DNA of 64,000 bases from Myxococcota bacterium (GCA_044344255.1 JBIJDH010000022.1:76044-140043); one strand, 5' to 3'. Numbered from the stretch's first letter, positions 39,966 to 51,375 are shown. The notes: generated from the sequence alone by a model not told the origin. Program-made: numbers and translations.

Positions 39966-41431
39966 TGGGCACCCCCGCGGCGGAGGAGGTCATGGGTGGT
40001 GTCGGAGAGCTGGCCCTCCACGCCGACGAGATAGGGCTCGGGCGCCTCGAGGCGGCGATGCCGGTCCGGGAGGGACTGGAGCGCCTTCGCGGCGTGATCG
40101 CGGACGGCCGACAAGCTCGGCGCCGCCGCGACCCGCTCGCCGCCGCGCAGCGCGGGGACGAGGAGGTCTCGCTCTTCATCGGCCATGGGCAGCGTGAGGG
40201 CCTCGCCGCCGCGGCTTCGCCAGCTCGGGCACTCGGGAATTCCGGTGGGGACGTCGTAGAGGAGGTCTCCCACGAGCTGCCCGCGGAGCGCGTACCGGCG
40301 AACCTGATGCTCGCCGGGGAGGGAGATCTTGGCAGCCTCCTCGGAGCGTTTCACCCGCTGCTGCCAGGCGCCTCCCGCTCGCCGCACCGCCGAGAGCTTG
40401 TAGACCCCGCCGAGGGCCGACTGGTCTCCGCCGGTGACGAGGCGGGTGCCCACCCCGTAGATGCCGATGGGGGCGCCCTCCTTGCGGAGCGCGGCGATAC
40501 GGTGCTCATCGAGGTCATTGCTGGCGACGACCTTGGCGTTCGGGAAGCCTGCAGCGTCGAGCCTCTCGCGGGCGGCGCGGGCGAGGGCGCCGAGGTCTCC
40601 CGAGTCGAGTCGCACGCCGAGCATCTCGTGGCCCTCGGCGCGGAGCTTTCGGCCCACCTCGATCGCCCGGTCAACCCCGGTGAGGGTGTCATAGGTGTCG
40701 ACCAGGAAGATGCAGTTGTTCGGCAGGGCCTCGGCGTACCGCTCGAAGGCCTCGACCTCGCTGTCGTGGGCCAGCACCCAGGAGTGGGCGTGGGTGCCTC
40801 GCACCGGGATCCCGTACAGGCGCCCGGCCAGCACGTTGCTCGTCGAGGCGCAGCCGCCCACATAGGCCGCCCGGCTCGCCGACAGACCGCCGTCGATGCC
40901 CTGGGCCCGCCGCAGGCCGAACTCGAGCACCGGCGCCCCCTCGGCGGCCAGCGCCACCCGGGCGGCCTTGGTGGCCACGAGCGTCTGGAAATTGAGGATG
41001 GTGAGCAGGGCCGTCTCGACGAGCTGGGCCTCGATCAGCGAGCCTTTTACGCGCAGGAGGGGCTCGTGCGGAAAGACGAGGTCGCCCTCGGGGATGGCGT
41101 CGACGTCGCAGGTGAAGCGCAGGCCCCACAGGTAGTCGAGGAAGCCGGCCTCGAAGAGGGGCCGCCCGTCTGCGCCGACGAGGCCGCGGAGGTACTCGAT
41201 GTCTGCCCGCTCGAAGCGGAGCTCGGTGAGGAAGTCGAGCGCGGGGCCGAGGCCGGCTGCCACCGCGAAGCTCCCGCCGAACGGAGCCTTACGGAAGTAG
41301 AGGTGAAAGATCGCCTCGTCGGACTGACGGCCGGCGCGCCAGTAGCCATAGGCCATGGTGAGCTGGTAGAGGTCTGTCAGGAGGCCGAGCGAGGGCCGGT
41401 AGAGCGCGGCTTGAGGGGAGTCGTGAGACAT
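39962..41431 (-). CDS. pncB: Nicotinate phosphoribosyltransferase
   Basis: LLTDLYQLTM, EFGLRRAQG, GTHAHSW, LVDTYD, VRLDSGDL, SNDLDE and GVGT. Confidence 0.96.
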   Translation of the reverse strand: MSHDSPQAALYRPSLGLLTDLYQLTMAYGYWRAGRQSDEAIFHLYFRKAPFGGSFAVAAGLGPALDFLTELRFERADIEYLRGLVGADGRPLFEAGFLDYLWGLRFTCDVDAIPEGDLVFPHEPLLRVKGSLIEAQLVETALLTILNFQTLVATKAARVALAAEGAPVLEFGLRRAQGIDGGLSASRAAYVGGCASTSNVLAGRLYGIPVRGTHAHSWVLAHDSEVEAFERYAEALPNNCIFLVDTYDTLTGVDRAIEVGRKLRAEGHEMLGVRLDSGDLGALARAARERLDAAGFPNAKVVASNDLDEHRIAALRKEGAPIGIYGVGTRLVTGGDQSALGGVYKLSAVRRAGGAWQQRVKRSEEAAKISLPGEHQVRRYALRGQLVGDLLYDVPTGIPECPSWRSRGGEALTLPMADEERDLLVPALRGGERVAAAPSLSAVRDHAAKALQSLPDRHRRLEAPEPYLVGVEGQLSDTTHDLLRRGGAQ

Positions 41432-41464
41432 GGTCGCTCCGGGCGCCGGGGGCACCGGCGGGTG

Positions 41465-41485
41465 ATCGTGTCATATCGACACCAA
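41465..41485. promoter_or_regulatory. Putative NrtR operator
   Basis: Palindrome GTGTC-ATATC-GACAC (41468-41482) with the GT-N7-AC core, about 35 nt upstream of pncB. It overlaps a possible minus-strand TTGACC-N17-TATGAC promoter. Confidence 0.8.
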
Positions 41486-41534
41486 GCTGCCCGGTCAAGC
41501 GGGACGAGGCCCGTTCAGAGGACCTGAAGGGTTC

Positions 41535-41563
41535 TTGACACTTCTTCCAGCGCGAGACATATT
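41535..41563 (+). promoter_or_regulatory. Putative sigma-70 promoter for the NtrC-family gene
   Basis: TTGACA (41535-40), 17-nt spacer, CATATT (41558-63); 25 nt upstream of ATG 41589. Confidence 0.6.
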
Positions 41564-41588
41564 GTCATCACCCGTGACAAGGTGGCCC

Positions 41589-42947
<1,359 letters not shown>

Positions 42948-43024
42948 GCCAGCGGTCGCGGGCGCCGCTCTCCCCACAAACACAGCGGGCTCTACCTGCA
43001 TGCTCCCTCCCCGCCTCGTGGGGG

Positions 43025-43215
43025 AGGTCTGGGGTGGGGGCCAACGAGCTGCTGATCGGCGCGCCGAACGCCGAGGCCGCCGGCTCCTCGCTCCATCAGG
43101 CGGGCGTGACCGGGCGCTTCCTCGGAGGCCCGAGCGGCCTCGACCCCACCGCCGTCGCCGTTATCGGCCCCGAGGTCGACTTCGCCGACTTCGGCTGGAG
43201 CCTGGGCGGCGGCGG
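43025..43215 (+). pseudogene. Possible fragment of an FG-GAP (integrin-alpha-like) repeat gene
   Basis: ELLIGAPNAE...AG...FLGGPSGL...FGWSLG reads as a single FG-GAP repeat, with no credible start or signal peptide. Confidence 0.45.
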
Positions 43216-43248
43216 CGCGACGCGGGCCGCGCAAGTGGACCGCGCCCT

Positions 43249-44595
43249 TCAGGCCAGCATCGCCTCGACGAGGCCACCCTTGAGGCTCGGGTCACCGAAA
43301 CGCTCGATCGGGGCGCCGTCGGCCTCGCGGTGCCCTGTGGCCGTGAGCAGGGTGGCGAGGAGGCGGTCGTGGGTGACACCGCCCGCGTCCACGTACTCGC
43401 CGGTCCGGAGGGTGCCTTCACCGGCGCCGGCGATCACCCAGGGCAACTGATCGTAGCGGTGGGAGCCCGTCGCCACGTCGCTCACGAAGACGGCGACAGC
43501 CGCGTCTATCACACCGTTCTCGGTGAGCCGGTCGAGCAGATAGGCGAAGACATCCAGGTGGAGTCGATTGACGTCGGCGTGCATCTCCGGGGTGGAGGAA
43601 TAAGGCCCCAGGTCACCCGCGTTGACCAGCCCGTGGGTGACCTCGTGATAGGCCGGCAGCGTGAAGCCGCCGACGGTGTATCGACAGCGGTCTATCCGGT
43701 CACCGATCTGGAGCGTGGCCGCGCGGGCCTGCCCGCAATTGAGCACGAGGGCGATGAGGTCACAGTGGAGGCGCGCGACGTCGAGGGAGACGCTGTCTTC
43801 GGCGCTCTGGCCGACATGATCGGCCAGGGCCGCCTCCCGCTCGGCGGTCAAGGTGCCGCAGAGCCCCTCGAAGTCTCGCACGCTGTCGGTGTGCTGCTCG
43901 AGGCGAGTGACGTCGGCGGCGGACAGGCGCGTGTCCCGTTGGAGGTCGTGGAGCTGGTCGAGCACGAGGTCGTTGACCGACCCCCGCAGGGCCTCCCCCA
44001 CGCCCCCGCCGAGCATGCGGCGGTAGACCGTCCAAGGATCGCTGTCGGCGCCCCGGAGCTGCCCGGGGCCCCGGTACGAGAGCACCTCCTCGCCGTTGTT
44101 GTCGCGGCGGCCGGCGTAGAGCGTCAGCGGCTCCCCGCCGTTGACGTCGGACTGACGGGCGATCCAATTATCAATCGACTCCCCCATGGCGTAGGTCATC
44201 AAGGTCTCGGTCAGCGGGCCGCAGCGCGCGCCGGTGAGGAGCTGATTGCCGCCGCCCGCGTGCTGATCGCTCGTCGCCTCGAAGGGATACTGGGTGCCGC
44301 GGACCAGCAGGAGGCGCTCGGCGTGAGCGGCGAGCCTGGACACGACCCGATCGGCGTTGGTGTCCGCCAGGGTGCTCCGGCTGAGGCGCCCGAGCGAGCG
44401 CGGCCAGAACCGCTCCGGCGCGTCGCCGTCCTGCTGGGCGACCCCAGAGGCGGCGCGGAGGACGACCAGGGGCGAGGCGGTCGAGGCGGGGCCCCGAGGG
44501 AGCCGACCGCAGCCGGCGAGGGAAGACAAGAAAGGAATGGGCACCGCGAGCCCGGAGGCGGCCGTCAAGAACTGGCGTCGGGTGAAGGGGGCCAT
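43249..44595 (-). CDS. DUF1552-family protein with Tat-like signal
   Basis: MAPFTRRQFL...PFLSSL, ESIDNWIA, RLEQHTDSVRDFE, LIALVLNCG..RAATLQ, HEVTH, H.YDQLPWVIAG and HDRLLATLL. GGAG RBS. Confidence 0.85.
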   Translation of the reverse strand: MAPFTRRQFLTAASGLAVPIPFLSSLAGCGRLPRGPASTASPLVVLRAASGVAQQDGDAPERFWPRSLGRLSRSTLADTNADRVVSRLAAHAERLLLVRGTQYPFEATSDQHAGGGNQLLTGARCGPLTETLMTYAMGESIDNWIARQSDVNGGEPLTLYAGRRDNNGEEVLSYRGPGQLRGADSDPWTVYRRMLGGGVGEALRGSVNDLVLDQLHDLQRDTRLSAADVTRLEQHTDSVRDFEGLCGTLTAEREAALADHVGQSAEDSVSLDVARLHCDLIALVLNCGQARAATLQIGDRIDRCRYTVGGFTLPAYHEVTHGLVNAGDLGPYSSTPEMHADVNRLHLDVFAYLLDRLTENGVIDAAVAVFVSDVATGSHRYDQLPWVIAGAGEGTLRTGEYVDAGGVTHDRLLATLLTATGHREADGAPIERFGDPSLKGGLVEAMLA

Positions 44596-44643
44596 GCCGG
44601 AGCTCCTCCGTTCGGATAGCCCACAGCCAGGCCAAGGTCCATC

Positions 44644-46236
44644 ATGCTCCTCCTGCTGCTGCTGTCCTGCACACCCCCGCCGGCGGACACCGCGCCCGGA
44701 CATGCCTATCGACTGACCCACCGGCAATGGGAGAGCACGGTGGTCGACCTGCTCGGCCTGTCTGAGCCCAGCGGCCTGTCCGAGACCTTCGTGAGCGACC
44801 CCTCGGTGTCCACCTTCGATACGGACCCCTCCTCCCTCGCCGTGCCCCCGGTGCTGTGGTTGCAGTACCAGCTCGCGGCGGAGGCGCTGGCCGTCCGGGT
44901 GGTCGAGGAGGAGGGCCCCTACGCGGTCGTCGTCCCCGCCGGCCTCCGCCCCGACGGCCCGGCGTACACCCGCGCCGAGCGGGACGCCTGGCTGCTCGAC
45001 TTCGGCGGCCGCGCCTTCCGCCGCCCCCTCGACGGTGAGGAGCTGATGCAGCTCGGACGGCTCTTTGACGCCGGCGCCAGCGTGTTCGCCTCGGGGGATC
45101 CCTTCGTGGACGGTGTGCGGGCCGCGGTCACCGGCACCCTCCAGGCCCCGGGCTTCCTCTACCGCACCGAGGGCCTGCAGCCGGGGGGCGAGCCGGGGGA
45201 GCTCTCGCCCGAGGAGCTCGCCTCGCGGCTCTCCTATGCGCTGTGGAACACCATGCCCGACGCCGAGCTGCTCGCCGCGGCCGAGGCCGACGGGCTCGGC
45301 CCCGAGACCCTGCGGGCTCAGGCGGAGCGCCTGCTCGACGACCCGCGGGGGCACGCCGCGGTGGCCGACCTCCACCGCCAGCTCCTGCACATCGACAGCT
45401 ACGCCCAGATCGTGCAGTCGAACACCACCGTCCTCGACGGCGGGGGCCACGGAGACCCGGGCGGTCCTCCCAGCCCCGAGGTGATGCAGGCCGAGGTCTA
45501 CGCCTTCGTCGACGACCTCTTCTACACCGAGGGCGCCCTGCGCGACCTCCTGACGAGCCCCGACACCTTCGCCACCGGCGAGCTGGCGGCGGTCTATGGC
45601 GTCGAGGGAGTCGAGGGCCCCGAGCTCCAGCCCGTCACGCTCGACCCCACCCAGCGCGCGGGCCTGCTCACCCTGTCGGGCTTCCTCGCCTGGCAGGCCA
45701 ACAGCAGCGAGCCCAACCTGATCGAGCGCGGCTACTTCATCAACGATGCGCTGCTCTGCGCCGAGGTGCCGCCGCCGCCGCCCGGCGCGACCCCGCTCCC
45801 CACCGACGCCGATGCGGAGACCCTGCGCGAGCGCGTCGAGGCCCACACATCCGGCTGCGGCGGGAGCTGCCACAACGCGCTCATCAACCCCGTCGGCTTC
45901 GCGCTCGGCCGCTATGACAAGGACGGCCGGTACGCGGAGCAGGAGGGGCGCGGCGAGGCGGCGACGCCCATCGACGCGAGCGGGAGCTACACCTTCGCCG
46001 ACGGCACCTTCACCTTTGACGGCGCCGTCGAGCTCGCCGAGATCATGGCGGACCGCGAGGAGGTGCACCGCTGCTACATGGGCCACCTCACCGGCTACCT
46101 CACCGCGCGGCCGGTGGCCGAGGTGGACGGCGCCCTCCTCGACGCGCTGACCGCGAGCTCACAGGCCGATCGGCCCCTCCGCTCCCTCGTCCTCGACATC
46201 GTCACCGATCCGAGCTTCCGCAGGGTCCGCCCCTGA
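44644..46236 (+). CDS. DUF1587/1595/1592/1588/1585 multidomain protein
   Basis: RLTHRQWESTVVDLLG, RAFRRPL, ELASRLSYALWNTMPD, QRAGLLT, IERG, CGGSCH..INPVGFAL and IDASG. Confidence 0.88.
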   Translation: MLLLLLLSCTPPPADTAPGHAYRLTHRQWESTVVDLLGLSEPSGLSETFVSDPSVSTFDTDPSSLAVPPVLWLQYQLAAEALAVRVVEEEGPYAVVVPAGLRPDGPAYTRAERDAWLLDFGGRAFRRPLDGEELMQLGRLFDAGASVFASGDPFVDGVRAAVTGTLQAPGFLYRTEGLQPGGEPGELSPEELASRLSYALWNTMPDAELLAAAEADGLGPETLRAQAERLLDDPRGHAAVADLHRQLLHIDSYAQIVQSNTTVLDGGGHGDPGGPPSPEVMQAEVYAFVDDLFYTEGALRDLLTSPDTFATGELAAVYGVEGVEGPELQPVTLDPTQRAGLLTLSGFLAWQANSSEPNLIERGYFINDALLCAEVPPPPPGATPLPTDADAETLRERVEAHTSGCGGSCHNALINPVGFALGRYDKDGRYAEQEGRGEAATPIDASGSYTFADGTFTFDGAVELAEIMADREEVHRCYMGHLTGYLTARPVAEVDGALLDALTASSQADRPLRSLVLDIVTDPSFRRVRP

Positions 46237-46304
46237 GCGCCGCGCCGCAGCCAGGAGGGACGGGCCGCCCCTCGCCGAGGCGCGGCGCCGCCCGGGGGGG
46301 CCCG

Positions 46305-48035
46305 TTGGAGGCCCGCGCGGCCACCTGGGCGGGGCCCCTCCTCGTCCAGAGCGCGCTCCTTACCCTCCTCACCACCTGGCCGATGGCGCGCTCCCCCCTC
46401 ACGCAGGCCATCGGGAGCCCGGAGTCCGACACCGTCAAGCACCTCTGGACGCTCTGGTGGATGCGGGCGGAGCTGCTCGGCGGCGAGCCCGGCCAGCGCA
46501 CCACCCTCATCGGCTACCCGGACGGGCTCCCGCTCTTCCCGATCGAGCCCCTGCACGGCCTGCTCTCGCTCCTCCTGCCCTTGCCGACGGTGCTGCTCTC
46601 GAACGTGCTCGCCGGCCTCGACACGCTGCTCACCGGCCTCGCGGCGGGCTGGCTGGCCACCGTGCTCGTCCCCCCGCCGCCTGCGGCCTCGGTGACCCCC
46701 GCGCTTCGGTGGCCTCGGCTCAGCCCGACCTTGCTCGCCGCGCTCGGGGCGGGCGCGCTGCTGCAGACCTCGGCCTGGGCCGCCTTCACGCTGCACGTCG
46801 GCGTGGGCGAGCTCCGCCAGCTCTGGTGGCTGCCGCTCTCGCTCGGCGCGCTCGTGCGCCTGCAACAAGCCGAGGCGCCGGCGGTTGTGGCCAAACGAGC
46901 CATCCTGGCCGGCCTCTGCCTCGCCGGAGCGGCGCTCTCCTGCTTCTACTATGGGCTGCTGCTCGGCGTCGCCGCGGTGGTGCACAGCGCCCTCACCCTG
47001 TCCGTCCGCCCCCGGCGCTGGGCGGGGCTCACCCTCTGCGCGGCGCTCGCGCTCTCGATCGTCGTCCCCGTCGCCGGGAGCTTCAACCAGACCTACGGCG
47101 AGCAGGGCGCGGCGCCTCCGCCCGACGTCGGCGCCGACGGCGCCCTCCGCCCCGGCCTCACCCGCGATCTGCTGCACCTCGACGACCTCTGGACCCCCCG
47201 CCGCGCCGAGCGCCCCACCGCCGACCGCCAGCGCCTCGCCTACGAGGGGGGCCGCTACATCGGCCTGCTCGGCCTCGGGCTCGCGGCAGCGGGCCTCCTC
47301 GCCCGCCCCCGCGCCGCCCTGCCCTTCGCCGCGATGGGCGCGGCGGGCCTCCTGCTCGCGCTCGGTCCCGTGCTGATCATCGGCGATGGCGCGGTGCAGG
47401 GCGCCTCCGGCCCCCTCCGCCTCCCGGGCGGGCTGCTGCTCGACGCCCTCGCCCGCCACGCCTCCCCCATGCACTTCCCCGCCCGCTTCGCCGCCCTCGG
47501 CGCGTTGGCGGCCGCCGTGCTCGGCGGGCTCGCGATCAGCCGCTGGCGGCCCCTGGCGCTGGTCCTGCCGCTCGCCGTCGGGAACGTGCTCTACGAGGAC
47601 CTCACCCCCTGGCCGCGCGCGCGCACGGCCCTCCCCGACCTCGGCGCGCTCCGGGCCCTGTCGGTCGAGGGCCCGATGGCTGATCTCTCCTTGGCGGCCA
47701 CCGCCAACATCGAGCACCGCGGCCTGCTGATCGCGGCGCAGATCGCCACCGACCGCCCCACCCAGGCCGTGCCGCTCGAGCGCCTCGACCTGCGGACCGC
47801 TGGCGGCCCCGTCGGGGGCCTCGCGATCGTCGAGGCCATGCGCAGGGGTTCGGGCTGGCCGACCTCCCTCGACGTGGACGCCGCTCAGCTCTGGGCCTCG
47901 GGCTTCCGGGTGGCCTTGCTCACCGGTCCGGACAGCCAGCGGGGCTCGGGGCCGCGCCGGCTCCTGGAGGCCCAGTGGGGCGCGCCCGTGGAGGCAAAGG
48001 GAGCCGCGCTCTGGCCGATCCCCGCGCCCCGCTGA
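46305..48035 (+). CDS. Multi-pass membrane protein, possibly GT-C-fold glycosyltransferase-like
   Basis: Many hydrophobic helices; N-terminal loop SDTVKHLWTLWW...YPDG, plus YYG, YIG and PARF motifs. Confidence 0.6.
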   Translation: MEARAATWAGPLLVQSALLTLLTTWPMARSPLTQAIGSPESDTVKHLWTLWWMRAELLGGEPGQRTTLIGYPDGLPLFPIEPLHGLLSLLLPLPTVLLSNVLAGLDTLLTGLAAGWLATVLVPPPPAASVTPALRWPRLSPTLLAALGAGALLQTSAWAAFTLHVGVGELRQLWWLPLSLGALVRLQQAEAPAVVAKRAILAGLCLAGAALSCFYYGLLLGVAAVVHSALTLSVRPRRWAGLTLCAALALSIVVPVAGSFNQTYGEQGAAPPPDVGADGALRPGLTRDLLHLDDLWTPRRAERPTADRQRLAYEGGRYIGLLGLGLAAAGLLARPRAALPFAAMGAAGLLLALGPVLIIGDGAVQGASGPLRLPGGLLLDALARHASPMHFPARFAALGALAAAVLGGLAISRWRPLALVLPLAVGNVLYEDLTPWPRARTALPDLGALRALSVEGPMADLSLAATANIEHRGLLIAAQIATDRPTQAVPLERLDLRTAGGPVGGLAIVEAMRRGSGWPTSLDVDAAQLWASGFRVALLTGPDSQRGSGPRRLLEAQWGAPVEAKGAALWPIPAPR

Positions 48036-48048
48036 CCCGGCCGGCCGC

Positions 48049-48849
48049 CTACTTCGGCGCGGGGGTGGCCGCGCCCGCCGCAGGAGGGACAGCGCCTGCG
48101 GCGGGAGGGGCGCCCGCGGCGGGAGGGGCGCCCGCGGCGGGAGGGGCGCCCGCGGCGGGAGGGGCGCCTGCGGCGGGAGGGGCGCCTGCGGCGGGAGGGG
48201 CGCCCGCGGCGGGCGGCGGGGCGCCCAGGGCGCCCTGGTTGGGCGTGTCGGCCACCATCGGCGCCGACGGATCGACCTGCCCGTTGCCCGCGGCAGGGTC
48301 CTTCGAGCCGGACCCACCGACCGCATTGGCGTCGAGCGAGATGTCGAGCACGATCGGCGTCTTGCTCAAGTCAATGGGGTTGCCGGGGTACTCCTGCATG
48401 AGGTCGGTCTGATCGGGCCCGTTACCCTCAAAGTCGAGGATGGTGGAGATCTTCACCCCGGCCGTCCCCTCAGGGAGGTAGATCTCGAAGGGCCCCGGGT
48501 TCTGGATGCGCACCACGGTCAGCGGCGCCTCGCCCTTGGTGCGGTCGGCAGTGGGAGTGTGAATGTCCATCTGGATCGCCCCCTTCGTGTAGTTGGCGAT
48601 CGCGATGGTGCCCGTGATCTTGATCGCGCCCGCCGTCTTCGCGAGGGCGGCCTGGTCATAGCTCATGCCGCCACCACCACCACCACCACCACCACCACCG
48701 GCGGCGTTGGGGTCACCCGGCTGCTGGCCCCCCATCGGGGGGGCGGTGCCGCCGACCGTCTCGACCGGCTCGGAGCAGGCGCCGAGCAGGCCGATCAGCA
48801 GGGACAAGCCGGCCAGCGGAGCAAAGGTGAGGCGACGTGCACGAGGCAT
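48049..48849 (-). CDS. Lipoprotein with poly-Gly linker and C-terminal (PPAAGA)n repeats
   Basis: Lipobox LGAC; 18-bp tandem repeats at about 48080-48215. Confidence 0.75.
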   Translation of the reverse strand: MPRARRLTFAPLAGLSLLIGLLGACSEPVETVGGTAPPMGGQQPGDPNAAGGGGGGGGGGGMSYDQAALAKTAGAIKITGTIAIANYTKGAIQMDIHTPTADRTKGEAPLTVVRIQNPGPFEIYLPEGTAGVKISTILDFEGNGPDQTDLMQEYPGNPIDLSKTPIVLDISLDANAVGGSGSKDPAAGNGQVDPSAPMVADTPNQGALGAPPPAAGAPPAAGAPPAAGAPPAAGAPPAAGAPPAAGAPPAAGAVPPAAGAATPAPK

Positions 48850-48947
48850 GAGGAGACTCCGGGTGCGGCGCACGAACGGCGGCCACGGGACAGTCAAGGT
48901 GGGGGGCCGCGCGCCCGGGCTGCGCGAGCGGCCGCAGCGGGCTGAGC

Positions 48948-50771
48948 CTAAAGAGCGCGGCGGCTCCGCGCAAGCGAGGCCCCCGGCGCTCGACGGCGCC
49001 CGGTCAGGATCAACAAGAGGCCGAGGCCAGCGGCCCCGAGGCGCCCCGACCCCGCGGCCGCGCAGCTACAGCCCGGCTGCTTGCCGATGTCACCGTTGTC
49101 GATGACGATGATCGGCGAGGGCCCACCGCCGGAGCCGCCGTCTGACCCACCATCGGCGGCGCCGTCCGACCCGCCCGAGTCGGCGGAGGGCTCCGCGCTG
49201 TCGTCCTCCCCGCCCGAGTCCGGCTCCGGGGCGACCTCGTCGATCTCGCCGTCACAGTCATCGTCCACGCCGTTCCCGAGCAGCTCTTCGGGGCCGGTGC
49301 ACTCCGCGGCGCAGCTCGTACAGTCCTCGGAGGGGTCACAGATGCCATTGCCGCACCACTCCCCCACCCGGCTGAGGCGGATCGAGTCGACGGCGATGTG
49401 CTGGCTGGAGGCGACGGTGCTCGACTCATTGTCGGTCACCTTGAGGAACTGTCCACCGCCCGCGGCGAAGTGGTAGGTACCGAGCGCCTGCCAGCCGTCG
49501 ACCGCGCTCTGGTCGATGGTCACGTCGCTCATCACGCCGTCTGCGTAGACGTGGTAGTCTGTGCCCGCGTGGACGTTGAAGCCCCCGCCCGTGTAGACCT
49601 CGACGAGGTAGTCCCCCTCCTCCTCAAGGTGGAGCTTCCACCAGGCCCAATTGTCGGGGTCGTCGCTCTTGAAGGCGTTCGTCCAGTAGAGGTGGCCGCC
49701 GTCGCCGGTGGTCTCGTCGCGCCAGTATTCGTCGGGGCCGAACTTCTCGAAGCAGTCGCCCTCCTCGTCGAGGCTGCCCCCAGCGGCCGGGATGAGCGAG
49801 CAGGCCCCGGCGCTCGGGCAGTGGCCAGGCCAGGCGGCGCGCCCGGAGCCCGAGCCTGCCCAGACCCCCCAGTGGTTGGCCACCGAGCGGGCCCCGCCGC
49901 CGCTGTTGTTGCCGTCGTAGTCGTTGACGTAGCCGTCCCCGTCCACCCACATCTGCGAGGAGCCGCCACCGTCCAGGTTGAAGGCTACCCAGGCCCCGAG
50001 CTGCCCCATCAGATCGGCGAGCTCGCTGCCGTACATCCCCGAAGAGTCGCTGGTGCGACCGTCTACGACGGCGAGGATGAGAGTGCCCTTGTCAGCGGTC
50101 AGGCCCATCGCGGTGCGGGGGTGGCGGTCGCGCATGTCGGAGCGATCGGGGAAGCAGGTCGAGGCCTCGGGATCGGAGCAGGTCTCGACAAAGCCCTCCA
50201 CCACGAGCTCGGGGAAGCCGCTCACGAGCGCGAGCGTGCCCACCGGCGGGTCGGGGTGCTTGTCGGTGATCTCCCAGCCGCCGCTCACGCCATAGTCGCC
50301 GAGGTTGTTCTTGACGTGGGCGCTGTGGGTGAACTCTACCCAGTCGTCGCCGAAGGCGATCCAGCCGTAGTGGCTGTAGTACCACTCCCCACTGTAGCTG
50401 CTGTCATCGCCGGTCTGGATGGAGGGCCAGGCGTTTCCGTCCCCCACCGCGTTCCCATAGACACGGAGCGGGCTCGTCTTGTAGAAGTCGCCGTTCGTGG
50501 CCACCTGGACGCCGGCGTCAGAGGCCCAGGAGCCCGTGCTCTGCGTGCTGTCGGAGGCCTCGGTGGCCGTCACATGCACATACGAAGTGCACAGATCGAC
50601 GAGGGTGACGAAGGTGTTGGTGGTGGGGCTGCTCGTCCGGTACTCTCGAAGGGTGATCCCGGGGTAGGGCGAGCTCTCCGACTCGAGGCTCAGCGTGAGC
50701 GCCGCGGCCGGGCCACCCCAGGCGACGAGGCCGAGCAGCACAGCGCCCCGACTGGCAGAGGCGAGGCGCAT
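48948..50771 (-). CDS. Phosphodiester glycosidase (NAGPA/DUF2233)-family secreted protein with CBM-like domain and MYXO-CTERM-like tail
   Basis: ATNGDFY, RHPRTAMG, VVDGR, NLDGGGSS, TIDQ..GWQALGTYHF...AVDSIRL, GNGVDDDCDGEIDE and GCSCA + TM + RRR. Confidence 0.85.
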   Translation of the reverse strand: MRLASASRGAVLLGLVAWGGPAAALTLSLESESSPYPGITLREYRTSSPTTNTFVTLVDLCTSYVHVTATEASDSTQSTGSWASDAGVQVATNGDFYKTSPLRVYGNAVGDGNAWPSIQTGDDSSYSGEWYYSHYGWIAFGDDWVEFTHSAHVKNNLGDYGVSGGWEITDKHPDPPVGTLALVSGFPELVVEGFVETCSDPEASTCFPDRSDMRDRHPRTAMGLTADKGTLILAVVDGRTSDSSGMYGSELADLMGQLGAWVAFNLDGGGSSQMWVDGDGYVNDYDGNNSGGGARSVANHWGVWAGSGSGRAAWPGHCPSAGACSLIPAAGGSLDEEGDCFEKFGPDEYWRDETTGDGGHLYWTNAFKSDDPDNWAWWKLHLEEEGDYLVEVYTGGGFNVHAGTDYHVYADGVMSDVTIDQSAVDGWQALGTYHFAAGGGQFLKVTDNESSTVASSQHIAVDSIRLSRVGEWCGNGICDPSEDCTSCAAECTGPEELLGNGVDDDCDGEIDEVAPEPDSGGEDDSAEPSADSGGSDGAADGGSDGGSGGGPSPIIVIDNGDIGKQPGCSCAAAGSGRLGAAGLGLLLILTGRRRAPGASLARSRRAL

Positions 50772-50920
50772 CGGCGCGAAGCGCGGGCGGCTACGGGCGT
50801 CGAGACCGTGGGATCCAGGCATGGGACCTCTTCCCAGCGGCGTTAACCCGCCCGCGCCGGCGGGGGTCCCTGTTCGTCGGGGGCCGAGCGCGTTAGCCGG
50901 CACACCCCCCGGAGGCACCG

Positions 50921-51271
50921 ATGAAGGCCGAGCTGATCAAGCTCCTGCAGAAGGGCCAGACCTTCTCCGATCTCAAGTCCGCGCTGGACGGCAAGTCCAT
51001 CGGCGGCGGCAAGGTCCGCATCACCGTCGACAACCGGGCCCTGCCCTACCTCGCTCACGTCGTCGCCGGCTGGGTCGACGGCCCCCCGGGCTCGAACGTC
51101 GCCGCGGTGCTCTCGGGCGCGGACCCTGCGGGCGGCAAGTGGCGCCGCTTCTCGCTCTCCTGCAAGGGCCCCTACCGCTACGAGATCGACGTCTTCCCGA
51201 CGCCCTTCACCGACGCCGCGCAGCCGCTCTCCCCCGGCATCCCCCCTGCGGGCCGCACCGCGGCGCACTGA
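50921..51271 (+). CDS. Hypothetical protein, 116 aa
   Basis: GGAGG RBS and host-like codon usage; no family recognised. Confidence 0.7.
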   Translation: MKAELIKLLQKGQTFSDLKSALDGKSIGGGKVRITVDNRALPYLAHVVAGWVDGPPGSNVAAVLSGADPAGGKWRRFSLSCKGPYRYEIDVFPTPFTDAAQPLSPGIPPAGRTAAH

Positions 51272-51375
51272 GCCGCCCAGCCCGGAGCGGCGCCCCCGGC
51301 TCGAAGCGGCCGGCATATTCGGGGCCGCTCATGGGCTCATGCTACACTACCCCCCTCGTCCCGGAAGGAGTCCTC

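Noticed and set aside
44596..46086. 945-aa ORF suggesting a large DUF1552 fusion
   Set aside because: The extension is antisense to the DUF1592 gene. The real start is MAPFTRRQFL at 44595.
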